Assembly (NCBI GenBank): GCA_964276515.1
Contig: OZ193910.1
Location: 7,936,001 to 8,000,000 of the forward strand
Direction of reading: 5' to 3'
DNA length: 64,000 nucleotides
Origin: Gordius albopunctatus
Lineage: Eukaryota
The notes beneath the pieces are model-generated. The model was not told the DNA's origin and ran no database searches. It worked only from the letters and a program-made list of their open reading frames with translations. How positions within the stretch are numbered: the first letter of the stretch is position 1; the number at the start of each line of letters is the position of its first letter. Below are positions 52,201 to 64,000 of the stretch, piece by piece. The position numbers and the translations under genes were made by a program.

Positions 52201-53599
52201 TTTTAGTGAAACAAGCTCTATGCGATCGTGATTTAGAGTTAATAATTTTTGATGACTGATCAAAAAATTGTTTTTCAAGGAATTCACCTCTTATACCGAA
52301 AACTTTCATGAGAGCTATATGGTTGAACAAAAAAATTGAAAAAATTTTGAGGTCGAAAAAATTATTATTTTTCATATTCTTTCGAAAGGGAGATGAAAAA
52401 ATCTTTAAAAGTTAGTAAATATTCTTAGCATTTTGTCCTTGTTAGAATCTTGATAGGAATTTATCCTTGGGGGGATGTTTGAGATTGAGAGAAATTAAAA
52501 TTTTCGTGTTGCGTTTATATTGTTTCAATATCGCTTTATAAGCGTGTCTCTAGTTTTAGTGAAACAAGCTCTATGCGATCGTGATTTAGAGTTAATAATT
52601 TTTGATGACTGATCAAAAAATTGTTTTTCAAGGAATTCACCTCTTATACCGAAAACTTTCATGAGAGCTATATGGTTGAACAAAAAAATTGAAAAAATTT
52701 TGAGGTCGAAAAAATTATTATTTTTCATATTCTTTCGAAAGGGAGATGAAAAAATCTTTAAAAGTTAGTAAATATTCTTAGCATATTGTCCTCGTTAGAA
52801 TCTTGATAGGAATTTATGCGTGGGGGGATGTTTTAGATTGAGAGAAATTAAAATTTTCGTGCTGCGTTTAGTTTGTTTCAATATCGCTTTATAAGCGTGT
52901 CTCTAGTTTTAGTGAAACAAGCTCTATGCGATCGTGATTTACAGTTAATAATTTTTGATGACTGATCAAAAAAATGTTTTTCAAGGAATTCACCTCTTAT
53001 ACCGAAAACTTTCATGAGAGCTATATGGTTGAACAAAAAAATTGAAAAAATTTTGAGGTCGAAAAAAATATTGTTTTTCAAATTCTTTCGAAAGGGAGAT
53101 GAAAAAATCTTTAAAAGTTAGTAAATATTCTTAGAATTTTGTCCTTGTTAGAATCTTGATAGGAATTTTTGCGTTGGCGATGTTTGAGATTGAGAGAAAA
53201 TAAAATTTTCGTGCTGCGTTTAGTTTGTTTCAATATCGCTTTATAAGCGTGTCTCTAGTTTTAGTGAAACAAGCTCTATGCGATCGTGATTTACAGTTAA
53301 TAATTTTTGATGACTGATCAAAAAAATGTTTTTCAAGGAATTCACCTCTTATACCGAAAACTTTCATGAGAGCTATATGGTTGAACAAAAAAATTGAAAA
53401 AATTTTGAGGTCGAAAAAATTATTATTTTTCATATTCTTTCGAAAGGGAGATGAAAAAATCTTTAAAAGTTAGTAAATATTCTTAGCATTTTGTCCTTGT
53501 TAGAATCTTGATAGGAATATATGCGTGGGGGGATGTTTGAGATTGAGAGAAATTAAAATTTTCGTGTTGCGTTTATATTGTTTCAATATCGCTTTATAA

Positions 53600-56500
53600 G
53601 CGTGTCTCTAGTTTTAGTGAAACAAGCTCTATGCGATCGTGATTTAGAGATAATAATTTTTGACGACTGATCAAAAAAATGTTTTTAAAGGAATTCACCT
53701 CTTATACCGAAAACTTTCATGAGAGCTATATGGTTGAACAAAAAAATAGAAAAAATTTTGAGGTCGAAAAAATTATTATTTTTCATATTCTTTCGAAAGG
53801 GAGATGAAAAAATCTTTAAAAGTTAGTAAATATTCTTAGCATTTTGTCCTTGTTAGAATCTTGAAAGGAATTTATGCGTGGGGGGATGTTTTAGATTGAG
53901 AGAAATTAAAATTTAGGTGTTGCGTTTATATTGTTTCAATATCGCTTTATAAGCGTGTCTCTAGTTTTAGTGAAACAAGCTCTATGCGATCGTGATTTAG
54001 AGTTAATAATTTTTGATGACTGATCAAAAAATTGTTTTTCAAGGAATTCACCTCTTATACCGAAAACTTTCATGAGAGCTATATGGTTGAACAAAAAAAT
54101 TGAAAAAATTTTGAGGTCGAAAAAATTATTATTTTTCATATTCTTTCGAAAGGGAGATGAAAAAATCTTTAAAAGTTAGTAAATATTCTTAGCATATTGT
54201 CCTCGTTAGAATCTTGATAGGAATTTATGCGTGGGGGGATGTTTTAGATTGAGAGAAATTAAAATTTTCGTGCTGCGTTTAGTTTGTTTCAATATCGCTT
54301 TATAAGCGTGTCTCTAGTTTTAGTGAAACAAGCTCTATGCGATCGTGATTTACAGTTAATAATTTTTGATGACTGATCAAAAAAATGTTTTTCAAGGAAT
54401 TCACCTCTTATACCGAAAACTTTCATGAGAGCTATATGGTTGAACAAAAAAATTGAAAAAATTTTGAGGTGGAAAAAAATATTGTTTTTCAAATTCTTTC
54501 GAAAGGGAGATGAAAAAATCTTTAAAAGTTAGTAAATATTCTTAGAATTTTGTCCTTGTTAGAATCTTGATAGGAATTTTTGCGTTGGCGATGTTTGAGA
54601 TTGAGAGAAAATAAAATTTTCGTGCTGCGTTTAGTTTGTTTCAATATCGCTTTATAAGCGTGTCTCTAGTTTTAGTGAAACAAGCTCTATGCGATCGTGA
54701 TTTACAGTTAATAATTTTTGATGACTGATCAAAAAAATGTTTTTCAAGGAATTCACCTCTTATACCGAAAACTTTCATGAGAGCTATATGGTTGAACAAA
54801 AAAATTGAAAAAATTTTGAGGTCGAAAAAATTATTATTTTTCATATTCTTTCGAAAGGGAGATGAAAAAATCTTTAAAAGTTAGTAAATATTCTTAGCAT
54901 ATTGTCCTCGTTAGAATCTTGATAGGAATTTATGCGTGGGGGGATGTTTGAGATTGAGAGAAATTAAAATTTTCGTGCTGCGTTTATATTGTTTCAATAT
55001 CGCTTTATAAGCGTGTCTCTAGTTTTAGTGAAACAAGCTCGATGCGATCGTGATTTAGAGTTAATAATTTTTGATGACTGATCAAAAAAATGTTTTTCAA
55101 GCAATTCACCTGTTATACCGAAAACTTTCATGAGAGCTATATGGTTGAACAAAAAAATTGAAAAAATTTTGAGGTCGAAAAAAATATTATTTTTCAAATT
55201 CTTTCGAAAGGATGATGAAAAAATCTTTAAAAGTTAGTAAATATTCTTAGCATTTTGTCCTTGTTAGAATATTGATAGAAATTTATGCGTGGGGGGATGT
55301 TTGAGATTGAGAGAAATTAAAATTTTCGTGTTGCGTTTATATTGTTTCAATATCGCTTTATAAGCGTGTCTCTAGTTTTAGTGAAACAAGCTCTATGCGA
55401 TCGTGATTTAGAGATAATAATTTTTGACGACTGATCAAAAAAATATTTTTAAAGGAATTCACCTCTTATACCGAAAACTTTCATGAGAGCTATATGGTTG
55501 AACAAAAAAATAGAAAAAATTTTGAGGTCGAAAAAATTATTATTTTTCATATTCTTTCGAAAGGGAGATGAAAAAATCTTTAAAAGTTAGTAAAGATTCT
55601 TAGCATTTTGTCCTTGTTAGAATCTTGAAAGGAATTTATGCGTGGGGGGATGTTTTAGATTGAGAGAAATTAAAATTTAGGTGTTGCGTTTATATTGTTT
55701 CAATATCGCTTTATAAGCGTGTCTCTAGTTTTAGTGAAACAAGCTCTATGCGATCGTGATTTAGAGTTAATAATTTTTGATGACTGATCAAAAAAATGTT
55801 TTTCAAGGAATTCACCTCTTATACCGAAAACTTTCATGAGAGCTATATGGTTGAACAAAAAAATTGAAAAAATTTTGAGGTCGAAAAAATTATTATTTTT
55901 CATATTCTTTCGAAAGGGAGATGAAAAAATCTTTAAAAGTTAGTAAATATTCTTAGCATATTGTCCTCGTTAGAATCTTGATAGGAATTTATGCGTGGGG
56001 GGATGTTTGAGATTGAGAGAAATTAAAATTTTCGTGCTGCGTTTATATTGTTTCAATATCGCTTTATAAGCGTGTCTCTAGTTTTAGTGAAACAAGCTCG
56101 ATGCGATCGTGATTTAGAGTTAATAATTTTTGATGACTGATCAAAAAAATGTTTTTCAAGCAATTCACCTGTTATACCGAAAACTTTCATGAGAGCTATA
56201 TGGTTGAACAAAAAAATTGAAAAAATTTTGAGGTCGAAAAAAATATTATTTTTCAAATTCTTTCGAAAGGATGATGAAAAAATCTTTAAAAGTTAGTAAA
56301 TATTCTTAGCATTTTGTCCTTGTTAGAATATTGATAGAAATTTATGCGTGGGGGGATGTTTTAGATTGAGAGAAATTAAAATTTAGGTGTTGCGTTTATA
56401 TTGTTTCAATATCGCTTTATAAGCGTGTCTCTAGTTTTAGTGAAACAAGCTCTATGCGATCGTGATTTAGAGATAATAATTTTTGACGACTGATCAAAAA

Positions 56501-59500
56501 AATGTTTTTAAAGGAATTCACCTCTTATACCGAAAACTTTCATGAGAGCTATATGGTTGAACAAAAAAATTGAAAAAATTTTGAGGTCGAAAAAATTTTT
56601 ATTTTTTATATTCTTTCGAAAGGGAGATGAAAAAATCTTTAAAAGTTAGTAAATATTCTTAGAATTTTGTCCTTGTTAAAATCTTGAAAGGAATTTATGC
56701 GTGGGGGGATGTTTTAGATTGAGAGAAATTAAAATTTAGGTGTTGCGTTTATATTGTTTCAATATCGCTTTATAAGCGTGTCTCTAGTTTTAGTGAAACA
56801 AGCTCTATTCGATCGTGATTCAGAGTTAATAATTTTATGACTGATCAAAAAAATGTTTTTCAAGGAATTCACCTCTTATACCGAAAACTTTCATGAGAAC
56901 TATATGGTTGAACAAAAAAATTGAAAAAATTTTGAGGTCGAAAAAATATTATTTTTTCCATATTTTTTCGAAAGGGAGATGAAAAAATCTTTAAAAGTTA
57001 GTAAATATTCTTAGCATTTTGTCCTTGTTAGAATCTTGATAGGAATTTATCCTTGGGGGGATGTTTGAGATTGAGAGAAATTAAAATTTTCGTGTTGCGT
57101 TTATATTGTTTCAATATCGCTTTATAAGCGTGTCTCTAGTTTTAGTGAAACAAGCTCTATGCGATCGTGATTTACAGTTAATAATTTTTGATGACTGATC
57201 AAAAAAATGTTTTTCAAGGAATTCACCTCTTATACCGAAAACTTTCATGAGAGCTATATGGTTGAACAAAAAAATTGAAAAAATTTTGAGGTCGAAAAAA
57301 TTATTATTTTTCATATTCTTTCGAAAGGGAGATGAAAAAATCTTTAAAAGTTAGTAAATATTCTTAGCATATTGTCCTCGTTAGAATCTTGATAGGAATT
57401 TATGCGTGGGGGGATGTTTTAGATTGAGAGAAATTAAAATTTTCGTGCTGCGTTTAGTTTGTTTCAATATCGCTTTATAAGCGTGTCTCTAGTTTTAGTG
57501 AAACAAGCTCTATGCGATCGTGATTTAGAGTTAATAATTTTTGATGACTGATCAAAAAAATGTTTTTCAAGGAATTCACCTCTTATACCGAAAACTTTCA
57601 TGAGAGCTATATGGTTGAACAAAAAAATAGAAAAAATTTTGAGGTCGAAAAAATTATTATTTTTCATATTCTTTCGAAAGGGAGATGAAAAAATCTTTAA
57701 AAGTTAGTAAATATTCTTAGCATTTTGTCCTTGTTAGAATCTTGATAGGAATTTATCCTTGGGGGGATGTTTGAGATTGAGAGAAATTAAAATTTTCGTG
57801 TTGCGTTTATATTGTTTCAATATCGCTTTATAAGCGTGTCTCTAGTTTTAGTGAAACAAGCTCTATGCGATCGTGATTTAGAGTTAATAATTTTTGATGA
57901 CTGATCAAAAAAATGTTTTTCAAGGAATTCACCTCTTATACCGAAAACTTTCATGAGAGCTATATGGTTGAACAAAAAAATTGAAAAAATTTTGAGGTCG
58001 AAAAAATTATTATTTTTCATATTCTTTCGAAAGGGAGATGAAAAAATCTTTAAAAGTTAGTAAATATTCTTAGCATATTGCCCTTGTTAGAATCTTAAGG
58101 AATATATGCGTGGGGGGATGTTTGAGATTGAGAGAAATTAAAATTTTCGTGTTACGTTTATATTGTTTCAATATCGCTTTATAAGCGTGTTTCTAGTTTT
58201 AGTGAAACAAGCTCTATGCGATCGTGATTTAGAGTTAATAATTTTTGATGACTGATCAAAAAAATGTTTTTCAAGGAATTCACCTCTTATACCGAAAACT
58301 TTCATGAGAGCTATATGGTTGAACAAAAAAATTGAAAAAATTTTGAGGTCGAAAAAATTATTATTTTTCATATTCTTTCGAAAGGGAGATGAAAAAATCT
58401 TTAAAAGTTAGTAAATATTCTTAGCATTTTGTCCTTGTTAGAATCTTGATAGGAATTTATCCTTGGGGGGATGTTTGAGATTGAGAGAAATTAAAATTTT
58501 CGTGTTGCGTTTATATTGTTTCAATATCGCTTTATAAGCGTGTCTCTAGTTTTAGTGAAACAAGCTCTATGCGATCGTGATTTAGAGTTAATAATTTTTG
58601 ATGACTGATCAAAAAAATGTTTTTCAAGGAATTCACCTCTTATACCGAAAACTTTCATGAGAGCTATATGGTTGAACAAAAAAATTGAAAAAATTTTGAG
58701 GTCGAAAAAATTATTATTTTTCATATTCTTTCGAAAGGGAGATGAAAAAATCTTTAAAAGTTAGTAAATATTCTTAGCATTTTGTCCTCGTTAGAATCTT
58801 GATATGAATTTATGCGTGGGGGGATGTTTGAGATTGAGAGAAATTAAAATTTTCGTGCTGCGTTTAGTTTGTTTCAATATCGCTTTATAAGCGTGTCTCT
58901 AGTTTTAGTGAAACAAGCTCTATGCGATCGTGATTTAGAGATAATAATTTTTGATGACTGATCAAAAAAATGTTTTTCAAGGAATTCACCTCTTATACCG
59001 AAAACTTTCATGAGAGCTATATGGTTGAACAAAAAAATAGAAAAAATTTTGAGGTCGAAAAAATTATTATTTTTCATATTCTTTCGAAAGGGAGATGAAA
59101 AAATCTTTAAAAGTTAGTAAATATTCTTAGCATTTTGTCCTTGTTAGAATCTTGATAGGAATTTATCCTTGGGGGGATGTTTGAGATTGAGAGAAATTAA
59201 AATTTTCGTGTTGCGTTTATATTGTTTCAATATCGCTTTATAAGCGTGTCTCTAGTTTTAGTGAAACAAGCTCTATGCGATCGTGATTTAGAGTTAATAA
59301 TTTTTGATGACTGATCAAAAAAATGTTTTTCAAGGAATTCACCTCTTATACCGAAAACTTTCATGAGAGCTATATGGTTGAACAAAAAAATTGAAAAAAT
59401 TTTGAGGTCGAAAAAATTATTATTTTTCATATTCTTTCGAAAGGGAGATGAAAAAATCTTTAAAAGTTAGTAAATATTCTTAGCATATTGCCCTTGTTAG

Positions 59501-59900
59501 AATCTTAACGAATATATGCGTGGGGGGATGTTTGAGATTGAGAGAAATTAAAATTTTCGTGTTACGTTTATATTGTTTCAATATCGCTTTATAAGCGTGT
59601 TTCTAGTTTTAGTGAAACAAGCTCTATGCGATCGTGATTTAGAGTTAATAATTTTTGATGACTGATCAAAAAAATGTTTTTCAAGGAATTCACCTCTTAT
59701 ACCGAAAACTTTCATGAGAGCTATATGGTTGAACAAAAAAATTGAAAAAATTTTGAGGTCGAAAAAATTATTATTTTTCATATTCTTTCGAAAGGGAGAT
59801 GAAAAAATCTTTAAAAGTTAGTAAATATTCTTAGCATTTTGTCCTTGTTAGAATCTTGATAGGAATTTATCCTTGGGGGGATGTTTGAGATTGAGAGAAA
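53600..59900. repeat. Higher-order duplicate of ~41260-47200 (offset 12,342, then 12,695 after one extra monomer)
   Basis: 41594/53936, 42652/54994, 43711/56053, 45473/58168, 46883/59578. Private SNPs TAAAGATTCT (~43250/~55591) and AAATATTTTTAAAGG (~43100/~55441) are shared. Confidence 0.88.
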
Positions 59901-62900
59901 TTAAAATTTTCGTGTTGCGTTTATATTGTTTCAATATCGCTTTATAAGCGTGTCTCTAGTTTTAGTGAAACAAGCTCTATGCGATCGTGATTTAGAGTTA
60001 ATAATTTTTGATGACTGATCAAAAAAATGTTTTTCAAGGAATTCACCTCTTATACCGAAAACTTTCATGAGAGCTATATGGTTGAACAAAAAAATTGAAA
60101 AAATTTTGAGGTCGAAAAAATTATTATTTTTCATATTCTTTCGAAAGGGAGATGAAAAAATCTTTAAAAGTTAGTAAATATTCTTAGCATTTTGTCCTCG
60201 TTAGAATCTTGATATGAATTTATGCGTGGGGGGATGTTTGAGATTGAGAGAAATTAAAATTTTCGTGCTGCGTTTAGTTTGTTTCAATATCGCTTTATAA
60301 GCGTGTCTCTAGTTTTAGTGAAACAAGCTCTATGCGATCGTGATTTAGAGTTAATAATTTTTGATGACTGATCAAAAAAATGTTTTTCAAGGAATTCACC
60401 TCTTATACCGAAAACTTTCATGAGAGCTATATGGTTGAACAAAAAAATAGAAAAAATTTTGAGGTCGAAAAAATTATTATTTTTCATATTCTTTCGAAAG
60501 GGAGATGAAAAAATCTTTAAAAGTTAGTAAATATTCTTAGCATTTTGTCCTTGTTAGAATCTTGACAGAAATTTAGGCGTGGGGGGATGTTTTAGATTGA
60601 GAGAAATTAAAATTTTCGTGCTGCGTTTAGTTTGTTTCAATATCCCTTTATAAGCGTGTCTCTAGTTTTAGTGAAACAAGCTCTATGCGATCGTGATTTA
60701 CAGTTAATAATTTTTGATGACTGATCAAAAAAATGTTTTTCAATGAATTCACCTCTTATACCGAAAACTTTCATGAGAGCTATATGGTTGAACAAAAAAA
60801 TTGAAAAAATTTTGAGGTCGAAAAAATTATTATTTTTCATATTCTTTCGAAAGGGAGATGAAAAAATCTTTAAAAGTTAGTAAATATTCTTAGCATTTTG
60901 TCCTTGTTAGAATCTTGACAGAAATTTAGGCGTGGGAGGATGTTTTAGATTGAGAGAAATTAAAATTTAGGTGTTGCGTTTATATTGTTTCAATATCGCT
61001 TTATAAGCGTGTCTCTAGTTTTAGTGAAACAAGCTCTATGCGATCGTGATTTAGAGTTAATAATTTTTGATGACTGATCAAAAAAATGTTTTTAAAGGAA
61101 TTCACCTCTTATACCGAAAACTTTCATGAGAGCTATATGGTTGAACAAAAAAATTGAAAAAATTTTGAGGTCGAAAAAATTATTATTTTTCATATTCTTT
61201 CGAAAGGGAGATGAAAAAATCTTTAAAAGTTAGTAAATATTCTTAGCATTTTGTCCTTGTTAGAATCTTGAAAGGAATTTATCCTTGGGGGGATGTTTGA
61301 GATTGAGAGAAATTAAAATTTTCGTATGCGTTTATATTGTTTCAATATCGCTTTATAAGCGTGTCTCTAGTTTTAGTGAAACAAGCTCTATGTGATCGTG
61401 ATTTAGAGTTAATAATTTTTGATGACTGATCAAAAAAATGTTTTTCAAGGAATTCACCTCTTATACCGAAAACTTTCATGAGAGCTATATGGTTGAACAA
61501 AAAAATTGAAAAAATTTTGAGGTCGAAAAAATTATTATTTTTCATATTCTTTCGAAAGGGAGATGAAAAAATCTTTAAAAGTTAGTAAATATTCTTAGCA
61601 TTTTGTCCTTGTTAGAATCTTGATAGGAATATATGCGTGGGGGGATGTTTGAGATTGAGAGAAATTAAAATTTTCGTGCTGCGTTTAGTTTGTTTCAATA
61701 TCGCTTTATAAGCGTGTCTCTAGTTTTAGTGAAGCAAGCTCTATGCGATCGTGATTTACAGTTAATAATTTTTGATGACTGATCAAAAAAATGTTTTTCA
61801 AGGAATTCACCTCTTATACCGAAAACTTTCATGAGAGCTATATGGTTGAACAAAAAAATTGAAAAAATTTTGAGGTCGAAAAAATTATTATTTTTCATAT
61901 TCTTTCGAAAGGGAGATGAAAAAATCTTTAAAAGTTAGTAAATATTCTTAGCATTTTGTCCTTGTTAGAATCTTGATAGGAATATATGCGTGGGGGGATG
62001 TTTGAGATTGAGAGAAATTAAAATTTTCGTGTTACGTTTATATTGTTTCAATATCGCTTTATAAGCGTGTCTCTAGTTTTAGTGAAACAAGCTCTATGCG
62101 ATCGTGATTTAGAGTTAATAATTTTTGATGACTGATCAAAAAAATGTTTTTCAAGGAATTCACCTCTTATACCGAAAACTTTCATGAGAGCTATATGGTT
62201 GAACAAAAAAATTGAAAAAATTTTGAGGTCGAAAAAATTATTATTTTTCATATTCTTTCGAAAGGGAGATGAAAAAATCTTTAAAAGTTAGTAAATATTT
62301 TTAGCATATTGTCCTCGTTAGAATCTTGATAGGAATTTATGCGTGGGGGGATGTTTGAGATTGAGAGAAATTAAAATTTTCGTGCTGCGTTTAGTTTGTT
62401 TCAATATCGCTTTATAAGCGTGTCTCTAGTTTTAGTGAAACAAGCTCTATGCGATCGTGATTTACAGTTAATAATTTTTGATGACTGATCAAAAAAATGT
62501 TTTTCAATGAATTCACCTCTTATACCGAAAACTTTCATGAGAGCTATATGGTTGAACAAAAAAATTGAAAAAATTTTGAGGTCGAAAAAAATATTATTTT
62601 TCAAATTCTTTCGAAAGGGAGATGAAAAAATCTTTAAAAGTTAGTAAATATTCTTAGCATTTTGTCCTTGTTAGAATCTTGACAGAAATTTAGGCGTGGG
62701 GGGATGTTTTAGATTGAGAGAAATTAAAATTTAGGTGTTGCGTTTATATTGTTTCAATATCGCTTTATAAGCGTGTCTCTAGTTTTAGTGAAACAAGCTC
62801 TATGCGATCGTGATTTAGAGTTAATAATTTTTGATGACTGATCAAAAAAATGTTTTTCAATGAATTCACCTCTTATACCGAAAACTTTCATGAGAGCTAT

Positions 62901-64000
62901 ATGGTTGAACAAAAAAATTGAAAAAATTTTGAGGTCGAAAAAATTATTATTTTTCATATTCTTTCGAAAGGGAGATGAAAAAATCTTTAAAAGTTAGTAA
63001 ATATTCTTAGCATTTTGTCCTTGTTAGAATCTTGATAGGAATATATGCGTGGGGGGATGTTTGAGATTGAGAGAAATTAAAATTTTCGTGTTACGTTTAT
63101 ATTGTTTCAATATCGCTTTATAAGCGTGTCTCTAGTTTTAGTGAAACAAGCTCTATGCGATCGTGATTTAGAGTTAATAATTTTTGATGACTGATCAAAA
63201 AAATGTTTTTCAAGGAATTCACCTCTTATACCGAAAACTTTCATGAGAGCTATATGGTTGAACAAAAAAATTGAAAAAATTTTGAGGTCGAAAAAATTAT
63301 TATTTTTCATATTCTTTCGAAAGGGAGATGAAAAAATCTTTAAAAGTTAGTAAATATTCTTAGCATATTGTCCTCGTTAGAATCTTGATAGGAATTTATG
63401 CGTGGGGGGATGTTTGAGATTGAGAGAAATTAAAATTTTCGTGCTGTGTTTATATTGTTTCAATATCGCTTTATAAGCGTGTCTCTAGTTTTAGTGAAAC
63501 AAGCTCTATGCGATCGTGATTTAGAGATAATAATTTTTGACGACTGATCAAAAAAATGTTTTTAAAGGAATTCACCTCTTATACCGAAAACTTTCATGAG
63601 AGCTATATGGTTGAACAAAAAAATAGAAAAAATTTTGAGGTCCAAAAAAATTATTATTTTTCATATTCTTTCGAAAGGGAGATGAAAAAATCTTTAAAAG
63701 TTAGTAAATATTCTTAGCATTTTGTCCTTTCTTGATAGGAATTTTTGCGTGGGGGCTATTTGAGATTGAGAGAAATTAAAATTTCCGTGTGGCGTTTAGA
63801 TTGATTCAATATCGTTTTATAAGCGTGTCTCTAGTTTTAGTGAAACAAGCTCTATGCGATCGTGATTTAGAGTTAATAATTTTTGATGACTGATCAAAAA
63901 AATGTTTTTCAAGGAATTCATCTCTTATACGGAAAACTTTCATGAGAGCTATATGGTTGAACAAAAAAATTGAAAAAATTTTGAGGTCGAAAAAAATATT

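Larger units (their letters stand above)
39836..64000. repeat. Tandem satellite array, 353-bp monomer (right arm, ~68 monomers, same orientation)
   Basis: The satellite resumes in register at the duplicated ATCGCTTT (39836-39843) and continues with the same period and orientation to the window end. Confidence 0.99.

Noticed and set aside
158..63310. ~130 copies of a 67-aa minus-strand ORF (MKNNNFFDLKIF...) as a tandem gene family
   Set aside because: It is just an open frame in the satellite. Many copies begin at TTG, and nonsense (TTTTTAAAGG), frameshift and deletion variants are amplified freely. Most changes alter amino acids, and I recognise no domain.
1..64000. CRISPR-like repeat-spacer array
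   Set aside because: There are no unique spacers: whole 353-bp units are near-identical, and no cas genes are present.
1..64000. Tandem 5S rRNA, tRNA, snRNA or spliced-leader gene array
   Set aside because: I recognise no such RNA sequence or Pol III A/B/C boxes in the very AT-rich monomer. An Rfam/Infernal scan would be the formal test.

Overview
This window is eukaryotic heterochromatin or centromere-like DNA. About 61 kb is one head-to-tail, single-orientation array of an AT-rich 353-bp satellite (roughly 173 monomers). The array is organised into nested, irregular higher-order block duplications that can be traced through shared rare SNPs and indels. It is interrupted once, at 36955-39835, by a 2,881-bp hAT-superfamily DNA transposon with an 8-bp target-site duplication (ATCGCTTT), 9-bp perfect TIRs (TAGAGATGG) and GGGAA-rich subterminal repeats. 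Its minus-strand BED-finger/DDE/dimerisation-domain transposase (~624 codons) is broken only by two frameshifts, both in homopolymer runs. The ~130 repeated 67-aa ORFs are an artefact of the satellite. The less obvious observations are: (1) four 33-40-nt GT-AG micro-intron-like segments in the transposase leader; (2) 10-bp-phased subterminal sites at one end versus palindromic sites at the other; (3) traces of a ~177-bp subunit dimer inside the 353-bp monomer; (4) a nested-dyad segment of the monomer where the insertion and two different deletions cluster; (5) empty-site paralogues suggesting the insertion is recent. I found no evidence of a prokaryotic-type system. All coordinates were read by eye and no searches were run.
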